A stretch of 41,825 nucleotides of DNA, taken from assembly GCA_020720525.1 (NCBI GenBank), contig DYON01000002.1:1-41825 (forward strand), given 5' to 3'. This DNA comes from Acetofilamentum sp. (lineage in GTDB: Bacteria; Bacteroidota; Bacteroidia; Bacteroidales; DTU049). A program made the position numbers and the translations under genes. The notes beneath the pieces are model-generated. The model was not told where the DNA came from. It searched no databases and saw only the letters and a list, made by a program, of their open reading frames with translations. Below are positions 26,367 through 36,049 of this stretch, piece after piece. Position 1 is the stretch's first letter. Every line of letters begins with the position of its first letter.

Positions 26367-28547
26367 ATGAAAAAGTTCCTGTTAATCAATGTTATTGTAT
26401 TCCTTTCTGTGTTTAAGGTTTCGGCCGATGAAGGTATGTGGTTGCCTTTGTTAATTGACCGTCTCAATTATACCGACATGCAGAAAATGGGTCTTCAGCT
26501 CACCGCTGAGGAAATTTATAGCATCAATCACTCCAGCCTTAAAGATGCAATTGTGTCGATGAACGATGGCATGTGCACTGCTTTTATGGTTTCGAAGGAG
26601 GGTTTGATGATGACCAATCACCACTGTGGATTGGAATACATCACAGAGAATTCCATTAAATACAATTCGGATTATGTTCAAAACGGATTTTGGGCATTAG
26701 ATAAGAAACAGGAATTATACAATCCTAATTTAAAGGCAACGTTTCTTGTTCGCATGGAAGATGTAAGCCAGAAAGTACTAAGCCAACTCAACGAATCAAT
26801 GTCTCCACTCGACAGAGAAGCAAAAATCAAAGAAATTTCAAATCGAATTATTGAAGAAAGCATTAAAGGAACTCATTACGAAGGTGAAGTAAAAAGCTTT
26901 TTCAAAGGTAATGAATTCTTCTTATTTATTTATGAAGTTTTTCGCGATGTTCGATTGGTTGGCGCACCTCCGATGGCAATAGGAAACTTTGGTGCAGATA
27001 GCGACAACTGGTTGTGGCCTCGCCACACTGCCGATTTTGCCTTCTTCAGAGTGTATATGGGTCCCGACGGAAAACCAGCTCCCTACGACAAAAGAAAAAA
27101 CATTCCTTATGTTCCAAAATATTCAATTCCCGTTTCAATAAAAGGAGTTCAGCAAGGCGATTTCACAATGGTAATGGGATATCCAGGAACCACAGACCGC
27201 TTCATGACAAGTAGTGGATTAAAAATGGCCCTCGACGTTATAAATCCATCTGTTGTGAAAATCCGCGATTCTAAGTTGAGACTGATGAAAGAAGACATGG
27301 ATCGCGATCCATCAATCAAATTGATGTACCGCTCTAAATACAATCGTTCATCTAATTATTGGAAATACTTTATTGGTCAAACAGAAGTTTTAAAGCGACT
27401 GAAAGCAATAGACAAAAAGAATGCACTTGAAGCAGAGTTTACAAAGTGGGTTAATGCCGACGGCGCAAGAAAAACCAAATATGGAATGGCGTTAAGCATT
27501 ATAAACGAAGCATACACCGAAATCACAAAATACAAGAAAGCCCTTATTTATTATAAGGAATGTGTTACACGTGGACCCGAAATCGTTTCATTTGCAAGCA
27601 AGTTCGATTCGCTCAATTTCTACTTGAACTCTACCGACTTACCCGAAGATCAAAAAGCAGCTAAAGTTGCCGATTTAAGTACAAAACTGAAATACTACGC
27701 ATCAAATTATTATTTCAACAGCTACAACGTCGATGTTGACAAGAAAATTTTCATCAGCCTACTCCGAATAATGAAAGATGATATTAGCCCAGAATTCTAT
27801 CCAAGTGTGTTTGATGAAGTTGACAAAAAATTCAAAGACAATTTTACCTTGTATGCCAATTTCATTTTCGAAAAGTCAATTTTTGCAAGTAAAGAGTTGA
27901 TTTATGAATTCCTTCGTGAACCCAATGGCAAAATATTGGAAAAAGATCCTGGTTTTATTGTCATGAAGTCGTTCAACGTAAAACACCTCGAAATTCTTGA
28001 ACAAACCAATGTGGTTGAACAAAAACTTGCTCAAGGCGAGAGAATATATATGAATGGTATTATGACAATGCTCAACGGTAAACAGAAATTTTATCCCGAT
28101 GCCAACAGTACCATGCGCCTCACCTATGGTAAAGTGGTTTCGTACACCCCAACCGATGGAGCAGAAACTCCTTACTACACAACTATTGATGAATTAATAA
28201 AACGCGAAGACGCAAATAATCCAGAATTTATTGTTCCCGAAAAGCTGAAAGATCTTTACAACAAAAAGGATTTTGGACAATATACCGATAAAAATGGAAC
28301 CATTCCAATTGATTTTCTTTCGGATTGCGACGTAACTGGCGGCAACTCGGGAGCTCCTATTTTGAATGGAAAAGGCGAATTGATTGGCATTGTGTTCGAC
28401 ATCAACTGGGAAGCAACCGCTTCGAGTTTGAGTTATATTCCTAATCAAACTCGTACTATTTCGACCGACATTCGCTACATACTTTTCCTAATTGAAAAGT
28501 ATGCCGAAGCCACCAATATTATTCAGGAACTCGATATCAGGAAATAA
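26367..28547 (+). CDS. S46 family dipeptidyl peptidase (DPP7/DPP11-like)
   Basis: ADEGMWLP, catalytic His in TNHHC, Asp in WPRHTADF, Ser in TGGNSGAP, and YPDANSTMRLTYG. Confidence 0.94.
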   Translation: MKKFLLINVIVFLSVFKVSADEGMWLPLLIDRLNYTDMQKMGLQLTAEEIYSINHSSLKDAIVSMNDGMCTAFMVSKEGLMMTNHHCGLEYITENSIKYNSDYVQNGFWALDKKQELYNPNLKATFLVRMEDVSQKVLSQLNESMSPLDREAKIKEISNRIIEESIKGTHYEGEVKSFFKGNEFFLFIYEVFRDVRLVGAPPMAIGNFGADSDNWLWPRHTADFAFFRVYMGPDGKPAPYDKRKNIPYVPKYSIPVSIKGVQQGDFTMVMGYPGTTDRFMTSSGLKMALDVINPSVVKIRDSKLRLMKEDMDRDPSIKLMYRSKYNRSSNYWKYFIGQTEVLKRLKAIDKKNALEAEFTKWVNADGARKTKYGMALSIINEAYTEITKYKKALIYYKECVTRGPEIVSFASKFDSLNFYLNSTDLPEDQKAAKVADLSTKLKYYASNYYFNSYNVDVDKKIFISLLRIMKDDISPEFYPSVFDEVDKKFKDNFTLYANFIFEKSIFASKELIYEFLREPNGKILEKDPGFIVMKSFNVKHLEILEQTNVVEQKLAQGERIYMNGIMTMLNGKQKFYPDANSTMRLTYGKVVSYTPTDGAETPYYTTIDELIKREDANNPEFIVPEKLKDLYNKKDFGQYTDKNGTIPIDFLSDCDVTGGNSGAPILNGKGELIGIVFDINWEATASSLSYIPNQTRTISTDIRYILFLIEKYAEATNIIQELDIRK

Positions 28548-28564
28548 GTGTTGAATTTCTAAAG

Positions 28565-28602
28565 AAAAAAGCTGTCAATTTTTAAGTTGACAGCTTTTTT
28601 TT
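28565..28602. terminator. Bidirectional Rho-independent terminator
   Basis: AAAAAAGCTGTCAA-N8-TTGACAGCTTTTTT between convergent genes, with A and T tails on both sides. Confidence 0.88.
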
Positions 28603-28620
28603 GACATTAAGCCCAATATT

Positions 28621-29058
28621 CTAAGCAAACCAACTCACCATAATGCGCCGGCAGAAAAAATCGTTCTCTTCGGGACAATAAAAATTGACTTCCATATTGT
28701 CGGTTCTGTAGAAAAAATCGTCGGGTTCTTCTTCGTCGGGCACACCAAGCAAATCGATAATTTCATCGATATGTTTGTCGAGCAGATAAGCCTTGGGGTC
28801 GTCTATTCCAACCGATTCGAGCCAATCGAAAGTGTTTTGAATTCTACGATGACCAAAATAGATTGTTTCAACCACCATTGTTTCTTTGCCAAAGCTTATC
28901 GACAACACATCGCTATCGCCAAAACGGTAATAGTAAATTATGTAGTGATTCTCAGAATTGTTGTACTCTTCGTCAGGGTTGCCAAAAAGCGTAGTAACCC
29001 TTTCGACACCTTCGCCCCGATTTACACCCAAAAACGATTGAAATGCTTCTTTTTTCAT
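28621..29058 (-). CDS. Hypothetical acidic protein with two SmpA/BLIP-like repeats
   Basis: 145 aa from ATG 29058, with two 'V/I..L(F/L)GxPDEE' motifs. Ends just before the terminator. Confidence 0.65.
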   Translation of the reverse strand: MKKEAFQSFLGVNRGEGVERVTTLFGNPDEEYNNSENHYIIYYYRFGDSDVLSISFGKETMVVETIYFGHRRIQNTFDWLESVGIDDPKAYLLDKHIDEIIDLLGVPDEEEPDDFFYRTDNMEVNFYCPEENDFFCRRIMVSWFA

Positions 29059-29130
29059 ATTGCAAAGAAACAAAAAAAAGCTATTGTTGCGACAAATGAA
29101 CAAATTAATGAAACCATCTTTACGAAAAAA

Positions 29131-29928
29131 TCAGTTTATTTCAATGGAAAATTTATCCCAGTCGAGGGCAAATGGAAAATCTTTTCGGTATTTGATTAGT
29201 TTTTCATTGTTGAGCGAAACCAACACAACATCGTCGGTTCTATTGGGTTGTTCGGGCTGCCAAAATCCTTCAGGCGACGCAAGGCACGAACCACCATTGT
29301 AATTCCAACCGTTTTGGTCGGACCCATTTCGGTTCACCCCAACCACATAGCTCTGGTTTTCGATTGCTCTCGCCATAATCAACTGTCTCCAATGAAAACT
29401 CCGCGAAGCAGGCCAATTAGCGACCACCAACAGCAAATCGTAATTAAAAACATTGTTAACAAATGAGTTGCGCGACCAAACAGGAAAACGCAAATCGTAA
29501 CAAATCAATGGTCGAATTTTCCACCCACGATACAAAAACACAAGCGGCGATTTTCCAGGCGAATAGCTTTTATCTTCTTTACCAAGCGAAAATAAATGCC
29601 GCTTATCGTAGCTATACAATTCCCCATTGGGCGTTACCCACAAAAACCGATTAAAAAACCTCCCATTTTCAGAGACAATAATGCTTCCTGCTACTGCCGC
29701 ATTATGCTTGGCTGCGCACTCTTTCATCCATAAAACAGTGTTTTCCTGCTCAAGCAAATTGTATTGTTCGGGTTGTGTTAAAAAACCTGTTGTAAACATT
29801 TCGGGCAATAGAAAAATATCTGTTTTACCAGAATAATCGTCGAAAACTTGATTAAACAACGCTCTATTGGCAGAAGGATTGTTCCAAACAAGATTGGGCT
29901 GACACAATGCAATAGTGAGTTTGTCCAT
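29131..29928 (-). CDS. Carbon-nitrogen hydrolase (YafV/omega-amidase-like)
   Basis: E-K-C triad: LPEMFTTGF, YDKRHLF, ICYDLRFPVWSRN. Also ANWP and ARAIENQ. Confidence 0.92.
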   Translation of the reverse strand: MDKLTIALCQPNLVWNNPSANRALFNQVFDDYSGKTDIFLLPEMFTTGFLTQPEQYNLLEQENTVLWMKECAAKHNAAVAGSIIVSENGRFFNRFLWVTPNGELYSYDKRHLFSLGKEDKSYSPGKSPLVFLYRGWKIRPLICYDLRFPVWSRNSFVNNVFNYDLLLVVANWPASRSFHWRQLIMARAIENQSYVVGVNRNGSDQNGWNYNGGSCLASPEGFWQPEQPNRTDDVVLVSLNNEKLIKYRKDFPFALDWDKFSIEIN

Positions 29929-30042
29929 AATTTTTCATTTACCATGCGAACATACTCAAAATAGCCGAAACCAATAGCATTTTAACTACAAAAACTTCAA
30001 ACAATGGCTAAATTGGCATAGCTTCATGTCAAGTATATTGAT

Positions 30043-30050
30043 TATTTTTG
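30043..30050 (+). promoter_or_regulatory. -7 box TATTTTTG for the PASTA operon
   Basis: Exact TAnnTTTG match in the divergent intergenic region. Confidence 0.5.
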
Positions 30051-30107
30051 CATCAAGGATAAATATCCTGCAATAAATCAGACAAAAGACAGTTTTATAA
30101 ACTCTGT

Positions 30108-30857
30108 ATGAAGATACTACGATTTATCAAGAGCATTCACTTCTGGAAACACCTGTTGTTGATTATGGGTGCTTCGTTGTTGTTGGTTTGGGCAACATTG
30201 TTTTTTCTACGGCTTTACACTTTTCATGGTCAGTCGATAGAAGTTCCCGATTTTAGTGGGAAAACTTTTTCCGAAGTTCAACAAGACCGCGAAAGCCGCT
30301 TTTATCGTTTTCAGATTGTCGATTCTGTTTACGACAACACCAAAACGGCAGGCTCCATTGTAAGCCAATTGCCATTGCCAGGCTCGCATGTTAAAAAGGG
30401 ACGAATGGTTTACATTACCATTATTGCTTTTCAACCCGAAAAAACAAAACTTCCCAATTTGGTTGACCTCACTGCACGCCAAGCGAGTGCAATTCTTGAA
30501 ACCCATGGTTTGAAAGTTGGAAAAATAAATTATGTTCCCGATGTTGGCCGAACTGTTATTAGAGCTACCTATCAAGGGAAAACAATTAACTGGGGAACAG
30601 AGTTGAACAAAGGCGAAAAAATTGATTTAACAATTGGTCGTGGAAGCGGAAACGAGAAGGTTTATGTGCCAAAACTAGTTGGTAAAACTCGATCCAAAGC
30701 TCGTCAAATGGTAAATGAAGCCGGGTTGAACATTGGAGCCGAAGTATTTATGAACCCCGACGACACCGTTAATGTTCGTGTAGTACGTCAAAACCCAGCT
30801 TATGGAAACGAAAATGAAGTAAATCTGGGTATTGCGATCGATTTATGGTATGAATAA
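30108..30857 (+). CDS. Membrane-anchored PASTA-domain protein (three PASTA repeats)
   Basis: N-terminal TM helix, YTFHGQSIEVPDFSG, LPNLVD and VPKLVG repeat starts, QxP motifs. Confidence 0.88.
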   Translation: MKILRFIKSIHFWKHLLLIMGASLLLVWATLFFLRLYTFHGQSIEVPDFSGKTFSEVQQDRESRFYRFQIVDSVYDNTKTAGSIVSQLPLPGSHVKKGRMVYITIIAFQPEKTKLPNLVDLTARQASAILETHGLKVGKINYVPDVGRTVIRATYQGKTINWGTELNKGEKIDLTIGRGSGNEKVYVPKLVGKTRSKARQMVNEAGLNIGAEVFMNPDDTVNVRVVRQNPAYGNENEVNLGIAIDLWYE

Positions 30858-32739
30858 AAACCTGCCTGCTATGCTAAAAAGTCTTGCTGCTGCTTTTCTT
30901 TTCCTTGTTTCAACCTTTCTGTTGGCGCAGGAATTACTGATACCAGTTGGAATGAATCCATTGTTGATAAACAACACCAGTATTTCAACAAAAGCCAAAG
31001 GTGTCGATCTCAGGCTTCCTTTTTACGAAGATTTTTCGTCGAGTTTTGTCTATCCCGATTTTTCGGTATTTTCGGACAGTACAGTATTTATTAATAGCAG
31101 TTTTGCCGTTTCGCCTGTTACTATTGGAGTTGCTACTTTCGACGGACTCGATGCAAATGGATATTTGTACGAACATGGAAGCAGTTTTGCTTTCCCAGCC
31201 GACTCCCTTACATCGTTGTCAATGCGACTCGATTCCATTTTCACAGGCACACCACACTTGAGTTCACCAGCCGACTCCATTTATTTCAGTTTCTTTTATC
31301 AACCTCAAGGTTATGGCGAAAAGCCCGATGGAGAAGATTCGCTGTTGCTCGAATTTTACGCAGCAAACCAAAACAAATGGGTTGAAGTTTGGTCGGTTGG
31401 CGGAACATCATATACTGCATTCGAAGCTCTGAATGGAAGTTCGTGGAAATGCGTTATGCTACCCATAACCGATACCTCATTTTTGAACGAAGGATTCAAA
31501 TTCCGATTTCGCAACTATGCAAGCTATGCCGATTTATCGTTTCCATCGTGGTCGGGCAATGCCGATTTTTGGAACATCGATTATATTTTCATCGATAGCG
31601 ACCGCGACAAAACAGATACTATCCCGTCCGATTTGGCTTTTCGCGAAAGAAAAGAAACGCTTCTGAAAAATCATTTTGTAATGCCATGGAATCAATTTAT
31701 GGCAAATGTATCGGGCGAAATGGCAAGCGAAATAGATGTTGATTACAGCAATTATTCCACTTCGTTGTTGAATGTAACCGAACGATTGGTGATTACTGAC
31801 CTTTCTGGAACTACATCTACATACAATTCGGGGCTAAGTGCAGCCAACCTTGCACCTAGAACCGACACAGCTTTTCGAAGAAATCCAATTCCGTACACCT
31901 ATACTTCGTTGGTAAGCAAAAACGCCGAATTTTTGGTTCAGATGTCTATCAACACAGCTACCATCAGCGATCCAATTAAAGAAAACGACACATTGGCTTA
32001 TTATCAGCATTTCTACAATTATTTTGCTTCCGACGATGGTACTGCAGAGGCGGGATATGGACTCACACTCAATGGTGCTAAAGCTTCGTTTCGCTTCGAC
32101 CTTAATGCAGCCGACACATTGCGTTCGATACTCATGTTTTTCAACCGAACAGTTAACGATGCCAATCAGATTTACTTCTACCTTACTGTTTGGGACAACA
32201 ATGGTGGAGTGCCTGGAAATATTATTTACCAGCAAGGTGGCGTTCGTCCCGAATTCGAAAATGGTTTCTACAATTATCACACATACACCCTCGACAATCC
32301 TCTGCCCGTAAATGGAAGCATTTATGTTGGTTGGGTTCAGACCACCGACGAAGTATTGAATTTGGGCTTCGATAAAAACAACGACCGCAGCAATCGTCTA
32401 TTCTACAACACCGATGGAAATTGGTACAACAGCCTTTACGCTGGAACGCCTATGATTCGAATTGTTGTTGGTTCCGAAAACGAACCTCATGTTGGATTAG
32501 AAGAAAGCGAAAGCAAAGTTTCGTTGTATCCCAATCCTTGCAACAATTGCGCAATGGTCTCCTTTTCGGATTCTGAGCTTAAAAAAGTTTCCGTTATCGA
32601 CATCAATGGCCGACTGGTTCAGCAAAGCATGTGCGAAAGCAATTTACAAACCAACCATTTGCAAGCAGGATTTTACACCATTGTTGTAGAAAAAGCATCG
32701 TCGCAACCCATTATTCTGAAGTTGGTGATAACAGAATAA
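30850..32739 (+). CDS. T9SS type A sorting domain (CTD) protein, function unknown
   Basis: Signal peptide and C-terminal LYPNP…DINGRLV…LQAGFYTIVV…KLVI. The start is 30850 or 30871. Confidence 0.85.
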   Translation: MNKNLPAMLKSLAAAFLFLVSTFLLAQELLIPVGMNPLLINNTSISTKAKGVDLRLPFYEDFSSSFVYPDFSVFSDSTVFINSSFAVSPVTIGVATFDGLDANGYLYEHGSSFAFPADSLTSLSMRLDSIFTGTPHLSSPADSIYFSFFYQPQGYGEKPDGEDSLLLEFYAANQNKWVEVWSVGGTSYTAFEALNGSSWKCVMLPITDTSFLNEGFKFRFRNYASYADLSFPSWSGNADFWNIDYIFIDSDRDKTDTIPSDLAFRERKETLLKNHFVMPWNQFMANVSGEMASEIDVDYSNYSTSLLNVTERLVITDLSGTTSTYNSGLSAANLAPRTDTAFRRNPIPYTYTSLVSKNAEFLVQMSINTATISDPIKENDTLAYYQHFYNYFASDDGTAEAGYGLTLNGAKASFRFDLNAADTLRSILMFFNRTVNDANQIYFYLTVWDNNGGVPGNIIYQQGGVRPEFENGFYNYHTYTLDNPLPVNGSIYVGWVQTTDEVLNLGFDKNNDRSNRLFYNTDGNWYNSLYAGTPMIRIVVGSENEPHVGLEESESKVSLYPNPCNNCAMVSFSDSELKKVSVIDINGRLVQQSMCESNLQTNHLQAGFYTIVVEKASSQPIILKLVITE

Positions 32740-32741
32740 TT

Positions 32742-33764
32742 ATGACGAATCAAATTGACGAAATTCCGGAAGAAGAACGCGAGCTCTACGAACACCACCG
32801 CATTGTTGTTGATAAAGGGCAGACTCAAATCCGAATCGATAAATTTCTCGTAAACCGTATCGAAAGTATTAGTCGGAATCGGATACAAAATGCAGCAAAA
32901 GCCGATTGCATTTTGTGCTTTGGAAAGCCTGTGAAATCGAATTACAAGGTGAAGCCCAACGACGAAATAAGCATTGTGCTTCCATATCCTGTAATTGAGC
33001 TGGAAATTTTGCCCGAAGACATTGACGTGAATGTGGTTTACGAAGACAATGCATTGCTGATAGTTGACAAAACACCAGGAATGGTTGTTCATCCCGGCTT
33101 CAACAACTATACTCATACGTTGCTCAATGCTTTACTATTTCATTTTTCGAAAACAGTTCAGCCTCCTCCTTTTCCACTTTTGGTTCACCGAATCGACAAA
33201 GACACGAGTGGCTTGTTGGTTGTAACCAAAGAAGAATACGCACAAACTTTTTTAGCAAAGCAGTTTTTCGATCACAGCCTCGAGCGCAAGTACAAGGCTT
33301 TGGTTTGGGGTGATCTTGATGACGACATCGGAACGGTAAGTGGATTCATTGGGCGAAGTACTAAAGACAGGAGGGTGATGGCCGTTTTCGACGACGAAAC
33401 TCACGGGAAGTGGTCGGTTACACATTATAAAGTATTAGAGCGATTTGGATTTGCAACACTGATTGAATGTCAGCTCGAAACTGGCCGCACGCATCAGATT
33501 CGCGCACACATGCGCCATATTGGTCATCCACTTTTTGCCGACGAAATGTATGGTGGAAAAACCATCATCAAGGGAAATCCGACCACAAAATTTCGACAAT
33601 TTATCGACAACTGTTTTACCATCATGCCTCGTCAGGCATTGCATGCAGGCTTATTGGGTTTTGTTCACCCAACCACAAACGAAATGATTCGTTTTGAAAG
33701 TGAATTGCCCCCCGATTTTTCGGAAGTACTCGAAAAAATGAGAAGAAACAGTAAAAATTCTTAG
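32742..33764 (+). CDS. rluD: RluA-family 23S rRNA pseudouridine synthase (RluD-like, with S4 domain)
   Basis: RIDKFL…SRNRIQ S4 domain, KxPGMVVHP, HRIDKDTSGL, ETGRTHQIRAH, QALHA. ATG 32742. Confidence 0.9.
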   Translation: MTNQIDEIPEEERELYEHHRIVVDKGQTQIRIDKFLVNRIESISRNRIQNAAKADCILCFGKPVKSNYKVKPNDEISIVLPYPVIELEILPEDIDVNVVYEDNALLIVDKTPGMVVHPGFNNYTHTLLNALLFHFSKTVQPPPFPLLVHRIDKDTSGLLVVTKEEYAQTFLAKQFFDHSLERKYKALVWGDLDDDIGTVSGFIGRSTKDRRVMAVFDDETHGKWSVTHYKVLERFGFATLIECQLETGRTHQIRAHMRHIGHPLFADEMYGGKTIIKGNPTTKFRQFIDNCFTIMPRQALHAGLLGFVHPTTNEMIRFESELPPDFSEVLEKMRRNSKNS

Positions 33765-33769
33765 CTTTG
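33762..33769 (+). promoter_or_regulatory. -7 box TAGCTTTG 4 nt before the ABC permease ATG (possibly leaderless)
   Basis: TAGCTTTG-TTGC-ATG, overlapping the rluD stop codon. No clear -33 box. Confidence 0.4.
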
Positions 33770-33773
33770 TTGC

Positions 33774-35021
33774 ATGCTTTTTTTCAGACTCATCAAAGAG
33801 AGTTTTTTGTTTGCCATATCGGCAATTCTTGTGAATCGGCTCAGAACCATTCTGACCGTAACAGGTATCACCATTGGCATTTTTTCGGTTATTATGGTTT
33901 TCACGGTTGTCGATTCCATGAAAAGTCAGATTACCACAAGCATTGAGTCGCTGGGCACCAATGTTGTTTTTATTCAAAAATGGCCATGGACTTTTTCGGC
34001 AGATTTTGCTTGGTGGAAATACCTAAAAAGACCTGTTCCCAAGCTCGACGAGATGGAAACCATCCGAAAGCAAAGCAATACAATACAATATGCCACATTT
34101 ATGGCATCGACATCAAGCGATGTCGATTTCAAAGACAACAAAGTTGAATCGACACCCATTGGTGGTATTTCTGACGATTACAACAAAGTTTTTATTTTCA
34201 ATGTATTGAATGGCCGCTATTTCAGCCCAAGCGAGCTCAACAATGGAGTTGCTGTGTGTTTGATTGGTGCCAACATAGCCGAAAAACTATTTCAGAACGA
34301 AGACCCAATAGGAAAAGAGGTAAAAATATTGAACCGCCAAGTGAATGTGATTGGCATTTTAAAAGCCGAAGGTACCAACAATTTTGGCAACAGCAACGAT
34401 GATATGGTAATGGTTCCATTCAATTTTTTTAGAACAATTGTGAATATGAACAACGAGCAACGTTTAAACACATTCATTGCTGTAAAAGGGAAAAATGGAA
34501 TTCCCAACGAAGAAATGTCGTACGAACTCACTGGAACAATGCGTAGCATACGCCGACTGAAACCTGGAACCGATGACGATTTCTCCATCAACGAGCCTAG
34601 CATGCTTACCGAAAACCTTTCGGGACTTTTCGATATCATTACTGTGGCAGGCTGGATTATTGGAGGATTTTCGCTGTTGGTTGGAGGCTTCGGAATTGCC
34701 AACATTATGTTTGTATCGGTTCACGAACGAACAGGAATTATAGGTATTCAAAAATCGTTGGGTGCAAAAAATTCTTTTATCATGAATCAATTTTTGGTGG
34801 AAGCTGTTTTTATGAGTCTGTTTGGTGGAATTTTCGGTCTTATACTAGTGTGGTTGCTTGCAATGCTAGCGAGCAATGCCTTGAATTTTCCAATTGGATT
34901 ATCGGCCAGCAACATCATTCTAGGAGTAAGTGTATCGGCGGGTATTGGACTCATAGCCGGCTTAATTCCAGCCTACAGTGCATCGAAGCTTGACCCAGTT
35001 GAAGCAATTAGGCAAAATTAA
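33774..35021 (+). CDS. MacB/FtsX-family ABC transporter permease
   Basis: NRLRTILTVTGITIGI, periplasmic domain, GGFGIANIMFVSVHERTxxIGIQKSLGA, PAYSASKLDPVEAIR. Confidence 0.92.
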   Translation: MLFFRLIKESFLFAISAILVNRLRTILTVTGITIGIFSVIMVFTVVDSMKSQITTSIESLGTNVVFIQKWPWTFSADFAWWKYLKRPVPKLDEMETIRKQSNTIQYATFMASTSSDVDFKDNKVESTPIGGISDDYNKVFIFNVLNGRYFSPSELNNGVAVCLIGANIAEKLFQNEDPIGKEVKILNRQVNVIGILKAEGTNNFGNSNDDMVMVPFNFFRTIVNMNNEQRLNTFIAVKGKNGIPNEEMSYELTGTMRSIRRLKPGTDDDFSINEPSMLTENLSGLFDIITVAGWIIGGFSLLVGGFGIANIMFVSVHERTGIIGIQKSLGAKNSFIMNQFLVEAVFMSLFGGIFGLILVWLLAMLASNALNFPIGLSASNIILGVSVSAGIGLIAGLIPAYSASKLDPVEAIRQN

Positions 35022-35040
35022 AAATTAGTGGCACATAAAT

Positions 35041-35460
35041 CTACCGGTTATACTTGTGGTAGTCCCATTTGTTGTTTTGCTGCTCAATAAGCAAATCGTA
35101 AATGGTTAGCGAAAGACGAAGAAATATATCGAGTTTGTTGTTTTTAAGCCATTCGCGTGCTGGAGTAACACCTCTACAAGCATCGGCAAAAACAATATAA
35201 AAGGTAAGATTGTTTTTCTTCAGCCAAGCAATTGCAGCCTCTTCGGAGTCGATGGCATCGCTTAATACCCCCAATTCGGGCGAATTGTTTTCGAACAGCC
35301 ATTTAAGCGCTTTTTTATCGGCACGAACAGCATTCGAAAAAGCCGCAAGTTCGGGATAACCACTTTCCATTAAAACTTTAAAAAACTCCGACTTGCCACT
35401 TATAGCCTGCTCGAGAGCAAGTAAGATTTTTACATCGTAGTCGAAGAGCATTTTTGCCAT
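35041..35460 (-). CDS. Hypothetical protein with four ~25-aa helical repeats
   Basis: 139 aa from ATG 35460, with a repeated A(I/V)xxxxxAxxWLxxN pattern. Starts 10 nt after ubiX. Confidence 0.7.
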   Translation of the reverse strand: MAKMLFDYDVKILLALEQAISGKSEFFKVLMESGYPELAAFSNAVRADKKALKWLFENNSPELGVLSDAIDSEEAAIAWLKKNNLTFYIVFADACRGVTPAREWLKNNKLDIFLRLSLTIYDLLIEQQNNKWDYHKYNR

Positions 35461-35470
35461 AAACAAATAA

Positions 35471-36049
35471 TTACAATTGACCCCACTCAACTTCGGGCTG
35501 AGCAATACCTGCAACGCTAAGCATGCGCGAAACCAGAGGCGAAATGAGTTGTTGAATATTCTCGGGATGATGATAGTAAAACGGAGATGCAGGAAACACT
35601 ATTGCGCCAGCTTGAGTTGCGCGCGTCATGTTTTCGAGATGAACAAGGCTATATGGAGCTTCGCGCACCATCAAAACAAGGGGTTTGCGTTCTTTGAGCA
35701 TTACGTCGGCTGCACGAAGAATGAGATTGTTGGAATGGCCTGTTGCAATTCCAGCAAGGCTACCCATGCTACACGGAGCCACAAACATAACATTGAAGCC
35801 CGCAGAACCAGATGCAAGAGCCACAAACAAATCGTGGTTTTCGTAAAACATTATTTTGCCAGATTCGGGAATTGACCCAGCATTTTCAAAATCCCAAACA
35901 CTTTTCCCATTGTCGCTAAAAACCACTGCAATTTGAGTGATTGATTCAACCGCAAGCAATTGTTTAATCAGCGATGCTCCATACATGGAACCACTAGCTC
36001 CTGTAATGGCAACAACAACTTTCGATATAGGTTCAGAAATGATATTCAT
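35471..36049 (-). CDS. ubiX: Flavin prenyltransferase UbiX
   Basis: AITGASG, ASGS, APCSMGSL, NLILRAADVMLKERKPLV, REAP, PxFYHHP. Confidence 0.93.
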   Translation of the reverse strand: MNIISEPISKVVVAITGASGSMYGASLIKQLLAVESITQIAVVFSDNGKSVWDFENAGSIPESGKIMFYENHDLFVALASGSAGFNVMFVAPCSMGSLAGIATGHSNNLILRAADVMLKERKPLVLMVREAPYSLVHLENMTRATQAGAIVFPASPFYYHHPENIQQLISPLVSRMLSVAGIAQPEVEWGQL

